Shown: positions 19,466-30,936, numbered from the stretch's first letter. The stretch: DNA of 64,000 nt from Gammaproteobacteria bacterium (GCA_038142325.1 JAYQJW010000007.1:16052-80051); one strand, 5' to 3'. Numbers and translations are program-made. Notes: generated by a model from the sequence alone, not told the origin.

Positions 19466-20818
19466 ATGTTAAAGCCTCTGCTAATATCATCGACTAAAAA
19501 GTCATCTGGAAAAACGATTCTGTCAATAGGCTTATCCAAAATTGCTAATGATCTAAAATATAATATTCAAACATTTAAAAAAGGACCTGATTTCATTGAT
19601 CCATCGTGGCTATCATATGCATCATCTAATCCATGCTATAACTTAGATTTTAATACTATGTCATCGAGTGAAATAGCAAAGATGTATCGTGAAAAGTCCA
19701 AAAACTCCAATCTAAATATTATAGAAGGGACAAAAGGATTATATGATGGTGTGTCAATTACAGGAGATGATAGTAATGAACAGCTAGCATTGTTATTAAA
19801 AGCTGAGATTTTATTAATTATTGACTGTGAAGGTATGACCAGAGGTATTGCACCTTTGTTAAACGGATATAAGTCTTTTAATAGAAAATTAAATATTAAT
19901 AGAGTTGTTTTAAATAATGTCTCAACAGCAAGACATGAAACAAAACTCCTATCTGCAATCAAAGAATATACTGATTTTAACGTCATAGGGTGTATACCTA
20001 AAATCAAGGACTTTATTGTTGAGCGACATTTAGGACTAATTCCGACTTTCCAGCATAATCAAAAAAGAAAGGTACTATCTTCAATAGCTACTATCATCAA
20101 AAGAAACATAAACTATAAATCTCTTTTACCAAAAATGACTAAGGTAAAAGAGTTAAGAAATGTTACATCACAAAGAGCGAACAAATCTTCTTTTACAATT
20201 GGAGTTGCCGTTGATTCAGCATTCGGATTTTATTACCCTGATGATCTTGAAAAAATAGAGAAGTACGGATGCAAAATCAAACGTGTTAATTTAATAAAAG
20301 ACAAACAAATTACTTCGTTAGATGCATTGTTTATTGGAGGAGGTTTTCCAGAAACACAAGCTAGAGATTTAGAGAAAAATAAAAGCATGAAAAAGTCTAT
20401 TAAAGATGCAATTGAAAATGGCATGCCAACATATGCTGAATGTGGCGGACTAATGTATTTAGCTAAAACTATTAAATTTAAAAACTCTAAAATGAAGATG
20501 TGTGGAGTATTCGATATTGATGTTGAAATGCATGATAAGCCTATTGGCAGAGGATATACAAAGCTTATCACGAATAACCATCCCTGGGGCATGAGCTTAG
20601 AAAAAATTAATGCTCATGAATTCCACTATTCATCAGTTAGATTTAATAATAAAAGATATAAATATGCATACAATATAAAACGAGGATATGGTATAAACGG
20701 TAAGGATGACGGTTTAATCTATAAGAATACAATTGCCTCATTTTCCCACTTAAGATCAACTGAGCAATTTGACTGGGTTAAAAACTTTATTAACTTTATA
20801 AAAAAAATTAATGGTTAA
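19466..20818 (+). CDS. dsrN: DsrN siroheme amidase (cobyrinate a,c-diamide synthase family)
   Basis: SGKT, FKKGPDFIDP, AECGGLMYL and HEFHYS motifs; position after dsrP. Confidence 0.92.
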   Translation: MLKPLLISSTKKSSGKTILSIGLSKIANDLKYNIQTFKKGPDFIDPSWLSYASSNPCYNLDFNTMSSSEIAKMYREKSKNSNLNIIEGTKGLYDGVSITGDDSNEQLALLLKAEILLIIDCEGMTRGIAPLLNGYKSFNRKLNINRVVLNNVSTARHETKLLSAIKEYTDFNVIGCIPKIKDFIVERHLGLIPTFQHNQKRKVLSSIATIIKRNINYKSLLPKMTKVKELRNVTSQRANKSSFTIGVAVDSAFGFYYPDDLEKIEKYGCKIKRVNLIKDKQITSLDALFIGGGFPETQARDLEKNKSMKKSIKDAIENGMPTYAECGGLMYLAKTIKFKNSKMKMCGVFDIDVEMHDKPIGRGYTKLITNNHPWGMSLEKINAHEFHYSSVRFNNKRYKYAYNIKRGYGINGKDDGLIYKNTIASFSHLRSTEQFDWVKNFINFIKKING

Positions 20819-21167
20819 ACAAATATTTGAAATTAGCGATGACGCAGCAAAACAAATTAACGAAGCGTCAAAACTAGCAGACAGCGAGAAATGGCCACTG
20901 CGAATATCACTGAATGTTGATTCGAATGGAAAATATAACTATGCTATGGGATTTGATCAATCTAAGGAAGAGGACCTACAATTAAAGATCAATGGTATTG
21001 ATATCCTCATAGACCCTAATTCAATGGTCAATCTTAAAAATACTAAATTAGATTACGTTGCAATAGATGGAGCTGATAAACAGTTTATATTCATCAATCC
21101 AAATGATCCAGATTTCAAGGAACCAGACGAATCCTTAGATACTAATACTACTCATGATTTTAGTTAA
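20811..21167 (+). CDS. dsrR: DsrR (IscA/HesB-like, no Fe-S cysteines)
   Basis: YAMGFD...LDYV...FIFINPND; no Cys; follows dsrN. Confidence 0.85.
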   Translation: MVKQIFEISDDAAKQINEASKLADSEKWPLRISLNVDSNGKYNYAMGFDQSKEEDLQLKINGIDILIDPNSMVNLKNTKLDYVAIDGADKQFIFINPNDPDFKEPDESLDTNTTHDFS

Positions 21168-22113
21168 CCTTTTTTAATTCTTTAGGTATTGAAAAAGTTA
21201 TATTTTCACTTTTAAAGTCTAATTTTTTATTTGATAATTTCGCCCCTTTGCTTTCGAGAAATTTAACTAATGATTGAACAGTCTCTTCTGGGGCTGATGC
21301 TCCAGCGGTAATGCCGATTACATCACCATTACTGAGCGCACCTAAATCAAGCTGACTAACTTCATCAATTAAATATGACGGGATACCATATTGTTCTGCA
21401 ATTTCTTTGAGTCTTTGTGAATTTGAACTATTTTTAGAACCCACAACAATTAATGAACTACAATATTTGAGAATCTTTTTAACAGCTTCCTGTCTATTTT
21501 GAGTTGCATAGCAAATATCATCTTTTCTTGGTCCAATAATATTTGGAAACTTAGTTTTTAAATAATCTATTATATTTTGAGTATCACTTACTGATAGGGT
21601 TGTCTGTGTCACATATGCTATCTTCGCTGAATCAATATTTAATCGGTCTATATCATCTAATGTCTCAACTAAATGTATTTGCCCATGATCTGATATGTAT
21701 TGCCCCATAGTGCCTTCTACCTCAGGGTGTCCACTATGACCAATTAATACAACATCAATATTTTCAGATGCATATTTATGTATTTCAAAATGTACTTTAG
21801 TAACAAGAGGACAAGTTGCATCAAACACTTTTAGGTTTTTTGATTTAGCCTGATTGCTAACTTCTTTGGAAACACCATGTGCACTATAAATAAGAATAGA
21901 TCCATTAGGAACATCGTCAAGAGATTCTATAAATATTACTCCCTTATCTACTAGGTCTTTAATAACATGCTTGTTATGTACTACTTCATGTTTGACATAA
22001 ACAGTTTGATCAAATATTTCTACTGCACGATTTACTATATCAATAGCTCTGTCAACACCTGCACAGAATCCTCTTGGCTCGGTTAATAAAAGTTCTACAT
22101 CTTTAAGTGGCAT
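21160..22113 (-). CDS. ispH: 4-hydroxy-3-methylbut-2-enyl diphosphate reductase
   Basis: PRGFCAGV, DATCPLV, ICYATQNRQ and TAGASAPE motifs. Confidence 0.97.
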   Translation of the reverse strand: MPLKDVELLLTEPRGFCAGVDRAIDIVNRAVEIFDQTVYVKHEVVHNKHVIKDLVDKGVIFIESLDDVPNGSILIYSAHGVSKEVSNQAKSKNLKVFDATCPLVTKVHFEIHKYASENIDVVLIGHSGHPEVEGTMGQYISDHGQIHLVETLDDIDRLNIDSAKIAYVTQTTLSVSDTQNIIDYLKTKFPNIIGPRKDDICYATQNRQEAVKKILKYCSSLIVVGSKNSSNSQRLKEIAEQYGIPSYLIDEVSQLDLGALSNGDVIGITAGASAPEETVQSLVKFLESKGAKLSNKKLDFKSENITFSIPKELKKVN

Positions 22114-22534
22114 TTTTTATATCTAAAATATCTACTTCAAAAACAATATCTTTATTACATAAGGGGTGATTAAGATCTACCAAAATACTTTTATCCTTTC
22201 TTTCAATTATCGTTATGTAATAAGATTCATTATTCTCTACAGTTTCTATAATATCACCAGTCTTTATATCTTTATAATTTTTAAAAGCACTTAATGGCAT
22301 ACTTTTAATTTTTTTTTGATCATAATCACCAAAGATATTTCTTGATGAGAACGAGAAACATTTCTTGTCTCCTACTTTTAAGCCGTAAAGAGCACTCTCT
22401 AGAATTTGAGGAAGATTGCATTCACCTATGCTTATCTTTATAGGATCATTATTAAAAGTGCTCTCAAATAATACCCCTTCAGCCTTAAGAGAGTAATGTA
22501 AAGACACCTCACTTTTGTATTTGATTGTATTCAT
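22103..22534 (-). CDS. fkpB: FKBP-type peptidyl-prolyl isomerase (SlpA/FkpB)
   Basis: VDLNHPL motif; conserved lspA-fkpB-ispH order. Confidence 0.85.
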   Translation of the reverse strand: MNTIKYKSEVSLHYSLKAEGVLFESTFNNDPIKISIGECNLPQILESALYGLKVGDKKCFSFSSRNIFGDYDQKKIKSMPLSAFKNYKDIKTGDIIETVENNESYYITIIERKDKSILVDLNHPLCNKDIVFEVDILDIKNAT

Positions 22535-23003
22535 GACTGTAAAAAAATAAGTAAATTACTACAAGTAGTGCACCTATACTGATTGATAGATCTGCAATGT
22601 TGAATATTGCAGGGAAGTATAAATCTTCATAATAAAGAATTATAAAATCTGTAACTGAGCCATTATCATATCGATCAAATAGATTAGAAATGCCGCCACC
22701 AAGTATTAGTGACAACCCAGTAATATATATATTAGATAACTTGATATTTTTATATAGTTCATAAAATATAAACAATATGATCAAAATTATTAATGCATTA
22801 AGGACTAAGTAGCCTTTTTCGCTAAGATTATCAAATATGCTAAATGCAATCCCATAGTTTTCAATCATATGTATTTTGATGAATGAGTTTAGTATAAAGC
22901 TTTGACCTATATTTAAAATCATTTGCTTTGTATAGATATCACATAATACAACAAGGAAAACTATTAAAATGGAAAACAATACTTTCAGGCGTATGTTCTG
23001 CAT
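22509..23003 (-). CDS. lspA: Lipoprotein signal peptidase II
   Basis: NYGIAFS, NLFDR, VTDFI and FNIAD motifs. Confidence 0.93.
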   Translation of the reverse strand: MQNIRLKVLFSILIVFLVVLCDIYTKQMILNIGQSFILNSFIKIHMIENYGIAFSIFDNLSEKGYLVLNALIILIILFIFYELYKNIKLSNIYITGLSLILGGGISNLFDRYDNGSVTDFIILYYEDLYFPAIFNIADLSISIGALLVVIYLFFYSHEYNQIQK

Positions 23004-25759
23004 TCTCCATCACCATGCACGTTATCGAAACATCTTTGACAAATAGTTGGGGCTTTGTCTATTTTTCCAACAGATTCATTCAAGTGCCAGCATCTTTCAC
23101 ATTTTTCATTTGATGATTTTGTAATTCTAATCGAGAGTTTATAGTTATCATGATTGAAATCATAATTGTCTGACTCAGCGCCCACCTTAAGATTACATTC
23201 AGAAACAACAAACACAAATTTTAGTTCATCTTTTAAGCTTTCCAGTATGCCGTGTAAAGCTGTGTTACATGTGATATCTAGGCAACATTCCAATGATGAA
23301 CCTACTGTATTTAGATTCCTTGCTTCTTCAATAAGTTTTGATACATTAGGCTTGATTTCATACAGACAATCAAAAATATCAATATAATCATCATCAATTT
23401 CAATTGGAAATTCATACCAATCTTTATGGTAAATACTCTGTTCACTATTAGGCATTTTCGAATGAATTTCTTCAGCAGTAAATGTCAATATGGGTGCAAT
23501 CCATGAATTAATGTATGACATGAGTATATAACATGTCTTTTGTGCTGATCTTCTTGGAAGCCCATCTTTTTTAGACGTATACAGTCTATCTTTTATAATA
23601 TCTAGATAATATCCACCTAAATCAAGTGTACAAAAATTAATGATATCTTGAGTAATTTTATGAAACTTAAAATTTTCATAGTCTTTTTTAATTTGAATAT
23701 TTAGCTTTCCAGCTTTATGTATTATCCATTTATCTAGAAGAATCATATCTTTAACTGATAACGATTCATTTTCAAAATCACTAATGTTTGACAAAAGAAA
23801 TTTAGATGTATTTCGTATTCTTCTGTATGACTCTGAAACACGTTTAAGTATTTCATCAGATATAGTCATTTCTTTTGAATAATCAGTCATAGCTACCCAA
23901 AGTCGTAGTATATCTGCGCCCTTATCTTTAATAATTTTTTGTGGGGAAATAATATTACCAATAGATTTGGACATTTTTTGACCCTCAGAATCAACAACAA
24001 ACCCATGCGTTAAAACATTTTTATATGGAGATTTCTTGAACATTGCATGGGATGTTATGAGAGACGACTGAAACCAACCTCTGTGTTGATCAGAACCCTC
24101 AAGATACAAATCTGCTACATTGTTAATTCCCCTCTCTTTAAGAACTGTTTGATGTGTTACTCCCGAATCAAACCATACATCTAGTGTATCTTTGACTTCT
24201 ATATATTCATCAATATCTTTGACAATTTTGCTTTTGTCAAAATCAATCCATGCCTCTATATTGCCCTCTTTAATAATCTTTGCAGCTTCATCCAAAATTT
24301 TATGAGTTTCAGGATGAAGTTCTTTTGTTTTTTTGTTTAAAAATAATGGTATTGGGACACCCCAGTTTCTTTGTCTAGATAAACACCAATCTGGCCTTCC
24401 TTCAATCATGTTATAGATTCTTTCTTCTCCCCAAGAAGGAAGCCAATTAACATTTTTTATATCATTTTTTATTGAGTCTCTTAATGAGGATTGATCCATA
24501 CTCATGAACCATTGAGGAGTAGCTCTGAATATTAAAGGTGTTTTATATCTCCAGCAATGAGGATATGATTGTTCATAGTTTTCAGAAAACAATAAGCGAT
24601 TTTTTTCTTCTAAAATATCAATGATCTCATCATTTGATTCTCTGATTTTCATACCACCAAAAATTGGAAGTTCATCTACAAACTTTCCATAATCATCTAC
24701 AGGATTATATACTTCTAAGTTGTATTTAAGCCCAGCCAGATAATCATCCGTGCCATGACCTGGTGCAATGTGTACCGCTCCCGTTCCATTCTCATCTGTA
24801 ACATGGTTAGCTGTTATTAGAGGTACAGTTATGTTGTAAAAGGGATGTTTAAGTTCTAGTGAGCTTAAAGCTGTATTATCAACGCTTCCTTCAATAGAAT
24901 ATTTTTTTATTTCAGATTTTTCCATAACAGAATCTACTAAATTCTTAGCTATGATTAAGTATGACTTCCCTATGTAGACTAATGAGTATTCTATATCACC
25001 ACCAATCGCGACAGCTCTATTTGCAGGCAATGTCCATGGCGTTGTTGTCCATATTGGAATATTCACTTTCAAATCATTTTTAAGACCCTTGAAGATTGAT
25101 TTATCAAGATTGGTTATTTCAAAATTAACACAGACAGCTTTCGAGGTAACATCCTTGTACTCAACTTCAGCTTCAGCCAACGCTGAAGATGATTCGATAC
25201 ACCAGTGAACTGGCTTAGATCCAAAATAGATGTGTTTATTTTTAATAATTTGTGAGAGACTTCCAACAATTCCTGCTTCAACATCTTTGTCCATACTTGA
25301 GTATGAGTTATCCCAATCTCCGAAAATTCCTAGTCTAATGAAATCTATCTTTTGTTTTTCAATTTGTTTTTTTGCATACTCTCTACAAGCTAATATGAAG
25401 GCTTTTGGATCATCCTTAAATTTACCCTTACCATATTTCTTTTCTACTTGTAACTCTATAGGTAAACCATGACAATCCCATCCTGGAATAAAAGGAGTGC
25501 TATATCCAGACATTAATTTAGACTTTATGATGAAGTCTTTTAATATCTTATTCACAGCATGTCCAATATGAATATCACCGTTAGCATATGGAGGGCCATC
25601 ATGTAGAATAAATTCTTGATTACCTTTTTTATTTATCAATGCTTCCTTGAAAACACAATTATCTTGCCAAAATTTAAGTATTTCAGGTTCCCTGTTAGGC
25701 AGGTTTGCCTTCATGGGAAAATCAGTCTTTGGTAGGTTGAGAGTGTCTTTATATTCCAT
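22985..25759 (-). CDS. ileS: Isoleucine--tRNA ligase
   Basis: HIGH and KMSKS motifs; C-terminal Zn finger CERCW...CQRC. Confidence 0.98.
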   Translation of the reverse strand: MEYKDTLNLPKTDFPMKANLPNREPEILKFWQDNCVFKEALINKKGNQEFILHDGPPYANGDIHIGHAVNKILKDFIIKSKLMSGYSTPFIPGWDCHGLPIELQVEKKYGKGKFKDDPKAFILACREYAKKQIEKQKIDFIRLGIFGDWDNSYSSMDKDVEAGIVGSLSQIIKNKHIYFGSKPVHWCIESSSALAEAEVEYKDVTSKAVCVNFEITNLDKSIFKGLKNDLKVNIPIWTTTPWTLPANRAVAIGGDIEYSLVYIGKSYLIIAKNLVDSVMEKSEIKKYSIEGSVDNTALSSLELKHPFYNITVPLITANHVTDENGTGAVHIAPGHGTDDYLAGLKYNLEVYNPVDDYGKFVDELPIFGGMKIRESNDEIIDILEEKNRLLFSENYEQSYPHCWRYKTPLIFRATPQWFMSMDQSSLRDSIKNDIKNVNWLPSWGEERIYNMIEGRPDWCLSRQRNWGVPIPLFLNKKTKELHPETHKILDEAAKIIKEGNIEAWIDFDKSKIVKDIDEYIEVKDTLDVWFDSGVTHQTVLKERGINNVADLYLEGSDQHRGWFQSSLITSHAMFKKSPYKNVLTHGFVVDSEGQKMSKSIGNIISPQKIIKDKGADILRLWVAMTDYSKEMTISDEILKRVSESYRRIRNTSKFLLSNISDFENESLSVKDMILLDKWIIHKAGKLNIQIKKDYENFKFHKITQDIINFCTLDLGGYYLDIIKDRLYTSKKDGLPRRSAQKTCYILMSYINSWIAPILTFTAEEIHSKMPNSEQSIYHKDWYEFPIEIDDDYIDIFDCLYEIKPNVSKLIEEARNLNTVGSSLECCLDITCNTALHGILESLKDELKFVFVVSECNLKVGAESDNYDFNHDNYKLSIRITKSSNEKCERCWHLNESVGKIDKAPTICQRCFDNVHGDGECRTYA

Positions 25760-26666
25760 ATTTTTTGCTTCTGATTATTGCATATTTATAGTCTTCATTC
25801 ATTTGTTTAATTAATTCATCTTGATTATTAAACTTTATCTGTTTTCTAATCTCTTCAAGAAAACAGATTTCTAATTTCTCTCCGTAGATATCTTTATCAA
25901 AATCTAAAATAAAAACCTCTAATAATTTTTCAGATCCATTAAAGGTAGGTTTATCACCTATAGAAGTTAAGCTTAAATAATTTTTTTTATCTAAAATAGT
26001 TTTTGTCAGATAAACTCCATCTAGAGGATAATCATGATCAAGAGAAATGTTAGCAGTAGGATATCCAAGTTTCCTTCCAAGTTTTTCACCAGAAACAACA
26101 GTTCCAGAAATCATATATTCTTTACCTAAACACTCATTAGCCGCATTTATGTCACCTTCTTGAAGAAAATTTCTAATTCTAGAACTACTTATACTCTCGT
26201 TTTTATAGAGGACAGAGTCAGGTATTATCAGTTCAAACGATCTGTCATCCTGATAGTTTTTTAATAGGTTTGTATCACCAGATCTATTCTTACCAAATCT
26301 AAAATTATCACCTATAACTAAAAATTTTAAATTAAGTTGATCAATAAGGATATCTTCACAAAAACGCTCTGCATCAACATTCATTATTTCATTAAAATCA
26401 ATTGATAGCATAGTATCAATCTCATATGATTTAAAAAAACTTTCCTTGTTTTCATTATTGTATAGGCGGTGAAAATCTTTAGGATTAAATATTTCTCTTG
26501 GGAACTTATCAAATGTAAATATTAAAGATTCAAGATTATTTTCTCTCGCTATCTTTCTTGTCTGATTAAGTAACTCTTGATGGCCTTTATGAACACCATC
26601 AAAATTTCCTATTGTTATAGCTTTGGGTGTTGATGAGATATCATTGATATTTTTTACTATTTTCAT
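25749..26666 (-). CDS. ribF: Riboflavin kinase/FAD synthetase
   Basis: GNFDGVHKGH, ISSSRIR and GYPTAN motifs. Confidence 0.96.
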   Translation of the reverse strand: MKIVKNINDISSTPKAITIGNFDGVHKGHQELLNQTRKIARENNLESLIFTFDKFPREIFNPKDFHRLYNNENKESFFKSYEIDTMLSIDFNEIMNVDAERFCEDILIDQLNLKFLVIGDNFRFGKNRSGDTNLLKNYQDDRSFELIIPDSVLYKNESISSSRIRNFLQEGDINAANECLGKEYMISGTVVSGEKLGRKLGYPTANISLDHDYPLDGVYLTKTILDKKNYLSLTSIGDKPTFNGSEKLLEVFILDFDKDIYGEKLEICFLEEIRKQIKFNNQDELIKQMNEDYKYAIIRSKKYGI

Positions 26667-28234
26667 ATTCTATAATTTTTTAATTTTATTCCCGATAATT
26701 TCAAGAAAGAATAGTAGATTAATGCACCAGATATAATATACATAATCAAGTAACTTGCTCTCATTAGCGCTGACAAATCTTGGTCAAAGAGAGATGCTTC
26801 AAAAAAGTAATACAAAATAAAACTCATTACTGAGGAACTTAAGATAATTTTTAGTGAAGCTTTGTTTATGAATATCTGATTCTTAATTATATTTTGTTGT
26901 CTAAGTTTCAAACTCATTAATATAACTTGAACCCATGCTGATAGTGATGTTGCAAGTGCAATGAATGCATGTGCGCCCTCGAATGGATGATTTAGATATA
27001 CAAATAAAACGCTAACATTAGCTAAGATATTTATTGATATACCTACTAGCGAGTAAAGGACTGGCGTTTTAGTATCTTGTCTTGAGAAAAATGCAGTGAC
27101 GAGAATTTTCATAAAAATAAATGCTGGTAGTCCTAAACTATAGGCAACTAAACTTAATGCAGTCATTCTTGCGTCAAAAATGTCGAAGCTTCCATACATA
27201 AATAAAGCGGATGTAATTGAACTAGATAGAATAATTAAGCCTGCCATTGAGGGGATTGCTATCAAAAATGCAAGCTTGATAGATTTTTCGATTGTAGATG
27301 AGTATTCATCAATATTGTTTTTTTGAAAATAGTTTGAAAGAACTGGAAGTATAACTATAGATATAGCAATTCCAAAAACTGCTAAGGGTAACTCAATTAA
27401 ACGATCCGAGAAATACAGCCAACTTATACTACCAGTCACAAGCATTGATGCAATTATTGTATCTATCAATAAATTTATCTGTACAGCTGCAGTTCCTATA
27501 ATTGCCGGACCCATAAGCTTTATAACTTTCACAGAACCATGATTATAAAAATTGATTTTTGGTATTTTTAAAAAACCTAACTTATACATTAATGGTAATT
27601 GAATGAGTAGCTGAACTATACCTGCAACAAATACTCCATATGCAAGTGATAGTATAGGAATAACAAACAAGGTTGTTGAAAAAATTGTGAACACTATTAA
27701 GCTTAGATTCAAAAAAACAGGTGTAATACCTGACAATATAAACCTGTTATAGCTATTGAAGATTCCTGAACACATTGCTGTTAAAGATATCAATAGTAAA
27801 TATGGAAATGTTATAAATAACATATCGGATGCTAAATCCGATTTTCCTTCATTATCAACAAAACCAGGTGCAAATAAGTAAATTAATTCTTGAGAAAAGT
27901 ACATACCAAGACCAGTTATAATGAACAATACAAAGAAAAGATTGCCAAATATATTTTGAATAAATTCACTTATCTCATGAGGTTTTTTAACTTTGTATTC
28001 TTGTAATACTGGAACAAATGCTTGAGTGAATGAACCCTCAGCAAATAATCTTCTAAAAAAATTTGGTATTTTGAATGCAACAAAAAAAGCATCGGTATTG
28101 GTGCTAGCTCCAAAGTAATTTGCAAATAAGACATCTCTGAAAAACCCAGTAATTCTTGAAATAAGGGTAGTTAGTCCGAAATGACTTGAGGACTTAATAA
28201 CAGTATTTGTTTTCTTTGCTGATTCTTCCGTCAT
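26663..28234 (-). CDS. murJ: Lipid II flippase MurJ (MviN)
   Basis: SRITGFFRD and FKIPNFFRRLFAEG motifs. Confidence 0.96.
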   Translation of the reverse strand: MTEESAKKTNTVIKSSSHFGLTTLISRITGFFRDVLFANYFGASTNTDAFFVAFKIPNFFRRLFAEGSFTQAFVPVLQEYKVKKPHEISEFIQNIFGNLFFVLFIITGLGMYFSQELIYLFAPGFVDNEGKSDLASDMLFITFPYLLLISLTAMCSGIFNSYNRFILSGITPVFLNLSLIVFTIFSTTLFVIPILSLAYGVFVAGIVQLLIQLPLMYKLGFLKIPKINFYNHGSVKVIKLMGPAIIGTAAVQINLLIDTIIASMLVTGSISWLYFSDRLIELPLAVFGIAISIVILPVLSNYFQKNNIDEYSSTIEKSIKLAFLIAIPSMAGLIILSSSITSALFMYGSFDIFDARMTALSLVAYSLGLPAFIFMKILVTAFFSRQDTKTPVLYSLVGISINILANVSVLFVYLNHPFEGAHAFIALATSLSAWVQVILMSLKLRQQNIIKNQIFINKASLKIILSSSVMSFILYYFFEASLFDQDLSALMRASYLIMYIISGALIYYSFLKLSGIKLKNYRI

Positions 28235-28248
28235 AAGTGCTTATTTTA

Positions 28249-28277
28249 TTGACACTAGTCTACTAGACTGAGATAAT
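28249..28277 (+). promoter_or_regulatory. sigma70-type promoter for rpsT
   Basis: TTGACA-17 nt-GATAAT. Confidence 0.55.
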
Positions 28278-28313
28278 CTTGTTTTATTTTACCTATTATT
28301 GGAGACAAATACA

Positions 28314-28574
28314 TTGGCAAATACTGCACAAGCTAGAAAAAGAGTTAGACAGGCAATTAAGGCAAGATCTGCTAATGCGGCGAAGAAGTCTGAATTTAGA
28401 ACAAGTATCAAAAACGTCCTTAAATCAATATCCGACAAAAATGCTGAACAATCAAAAAAAGATTTTATAAAAGCTGTATCGTGTATAGATAAGCTTGCAG
28501 CTAAAGGCATTATTCATAAAAATAAAGCTGCACGTCACAAATCAAGACTTAATAGTAAGATTAAGTCTCTATAA
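28314..28574 (+). CDS. rpsT: 30S ribosomal protein S20
   Basis: (M)ANTAQARKRVRQ...IHKNKAARHKSRL; TTG start at 28314 after GGAGA. Confidence 0.96.
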   Translation: MANTAQARKRVRQAIKARSANAAKKSEFRTSIKNVLKSISDKNAEQSKKDFIKAVSCIDKLAAKGIIHKNKAARHKSRLNSKIKSL

Positions 28575-29663
28575 CAATTAAACTATCTGCATGAATTAGT
28601 TCTTTATTGAATTCGTCTGAGTGTTTTGCCTCAATCTCATTCATAGATTTTCCCTTCATCTCTAATACTTCATTTGATGAATAATTAGTTATCCCTTTTG
28701 CAATACATGATAGATTTTTATTCTTACACTGAATAACATCACCTTTTTGAAAAGCTCCTTCAATATCACAGACACCTACAAATAAAAGACTTTTATTATT
28801 AAGTAATGCTTTGCATGCACCATCATCTATAATAACGGATCCTCTATTATCCGTTGTATCAAGCCATTGTTTCTTCGCACTAACTCTTTTTTTATTGGGA
28901 ATAAATAAAGTTCCAATGTGACTATCTTCAAAAACATTTTCTAAAACATTTGTCTCAAAGCCACTAGCAATTAATGTATATGTATTCGATAATGCTGCTC
29001 TTTTCACAGCTTGTATTTTAGTTGCAAAACCTCCTGTACCAATGTTACTCGCCGTCCCAAAATCAGAATCTAGTGTATTCAAATCATCAACATTAATTGT
29101 ATGAATAAGTTCTGCATTTTCATAATGATCTGGGTTTTTATCATACATGCCTTTCTGATCTGTAAGAATTATTAATAAGTCTGCATCAACTAGATTAGAT
29201 ATCATCGATGCTAGATTATCATTATCACCTAGCTTAATTTCTTCTGTAGAGACTACGTCATTTTCATTAATGATAGGGATAATATTATTTGAAAGCAGTT
29301 CTTCTAAAGTGCCTTTAATATTCAAGTATCTAACCCTATCGTTTATATCACCGTGTGTAATGAGAACTTGTGCTGGTATAAGATTATGTTCAGTAAATAT
29401 TTTTTCATATTTAAACATTAACTTTTGTTGTCCTATAGCAGCTAACGACTGAAGTTTTTTTATATCCTTTGGCCTATCCTGGATATTCATCTGTCTCATT
29501 CCTTGAGAAATAGCCCCTGAAGTAACTAAAATAATTTCTTTTTCTCAGACATAAGGTTACTAATGTCTTTGCATATTTCTTTCAAAACTAAACTATCAGC
29601 ATCCATAATAGAGCTTCCAATCTTTACAATAATTCTTTTGGATTCACTTAGTTTTATTTTCAT
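28561..29663 (-). CDS. proB: Glutamate 5-kinase with PUA domain (apparent frameshift at ~29541)
   Basis: MKIKLSESKRIIVKIGSS from ATG 29663, then VTSGAI, INENDVV and GDNDNL in the shifted frame. Confidence 0.92.
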
Positions 29664-30654
29664 ATTTCAAAAACTCATAAATTTGATTGGTCAAATCTTT
29701 TACTCCAATTTTACTGATAGATGAAATAAAAAATACTTTAAATTTATTTTTTACAAACACATCTCGTAAATCATCTAGTTCTTGTGGAGTCAATAAATCT
29801 ATTTTATTCATCACTATCCACAACTCTTTTTTTACTAATTCTGAATCATATGATTTTAATTCATGATTTATCTGTTTTATTTCTCGAATTATATCCTCAT
29901 GACCTTTATTTGAGCAATCTATTAAATTTAATAACATTTTTGTTCGGCTAATATGCTTTAGAAATCTTGTTCCTAACCCAACGCCTTTTGATGCGCCTTC
30001 TATTATTCCAGGTATATCAGCCACCACGAACTTTTCATAGTCTGAGTATAAAACAACACCTAAATTTGGTGTTAGCGTAGTAAATTCATAGTCAGCAACC
30101 TTTGGTTTTGCCATACTTATAGCTCTTAAAAAGGAACTTTTTCCGGCATTTGGTAATCCTACTAATCCGACATCAGCTAAAACTTTTAATACAATTTTAA
30201 TATCCTTTGATTCACCTTCTTTGCCATTAGTTTTCTTTCTTGGAGCCCTGTTAGTAGATGTCTTAAAACGAACATTACCATAACCATGCTCTCCGCCTTT
30301 TACCAGTACGATTGATTTATCTTCACTATCGAGATCGTATAATTCCTCATCAGTTTCTAGATCATAGATAACACATCCTATAGGAAGATTAATTACTAAA
30401 TCATCACCTTTTCTGCCATGTTTATTTTTACCAGAACCTGGTTTTCCATTTTCAGCTTTGAAAAGACTCTTATTTTTGAAATCTGCTAAAGTGTTGAGAC
30501 TATCAGTTGCTTTGACAATTATTGAACCACCATCACCACCATCACCACCATCTGGTCCTCCAAATGGGATGTATTTTTCTCTTCTAAAGCTCAAACATCC
30601 CGACCCACCATTACCGGCTTTAACTGTGATCACAGTTTCATCAATGAATTTCAT
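29644..30654 (-). CDS. obgE: GTPase ObgE
   Basis: FRREKYIPFGGPDGGDGG, GLPNAGKS and DIPG motifs. Confidence 0.97.
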   Translation of the reverse strand: MKFIDETVITVKAGNGGSGCLSFRREKYIPFGGPDGGDGGDGGSIIVKATDSLNTLADFKNKSLFKAENGKPGSGKNKHGRKGDDLVINLPIGCVIYDLETDEELYDLDSEDKSIVLVKGGEHGYGNVRFKTSTNRAPRKKTNGKEGESKDIKIVLKVLADVGLVGLPNAGKSSFLRAISMAKPKVADYEFTTLTPNLGVVLYSDYEKFVVADIPGIIEGASKGVGLGTRFLKHISRTKMLLNLIDCSNKGHEDIIREIKQINHELKSYDSELVKKELWIVMNKIDLLTPQELDDLRDVFVKNKFKVFFISSISKIGVKDLTNQIYEFLKYENKTK

Positions 30655-30672
30655 GATTATTAAGAGTTTGAG

Positions 30673-30936
30673 TTAGTGTTTGGTTGGAAGAACACTAACG
30701 TATTTGTGCTTGTTAGGCCCTTTTTTATGAAAATGAACGTAACCATCACTGGTTGCAAATAGGGTGTGATCTCTTCCACAACCTACATTATCGCCAGCTT
30801 TTACAGGTGTACCTCTTTGTCTAAGTATTATATTGCCAGCATGAACGAATTCACTACCATATTTTTTTACGCCTAGCCTCTTAGACTCAGAATCTCTTCC
30901 GTTTTTTGTACTTCCACCTGCTTTCTTATGTGCCAT
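30673..30936 (-). CDS. rpmA: 50S ribosomal protein L27
   Basis: [16 protein letters not shown]. Confidence 0.98.
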   Translation of the reverse strand: MAHKKAGGSTKNGRDSESKRLGVKKYGSEFVHAGNIILRQRGTPVKAGDNVGCGRDHTLFATSDGYVHFHKKGPNKHKYVSVLPTKH

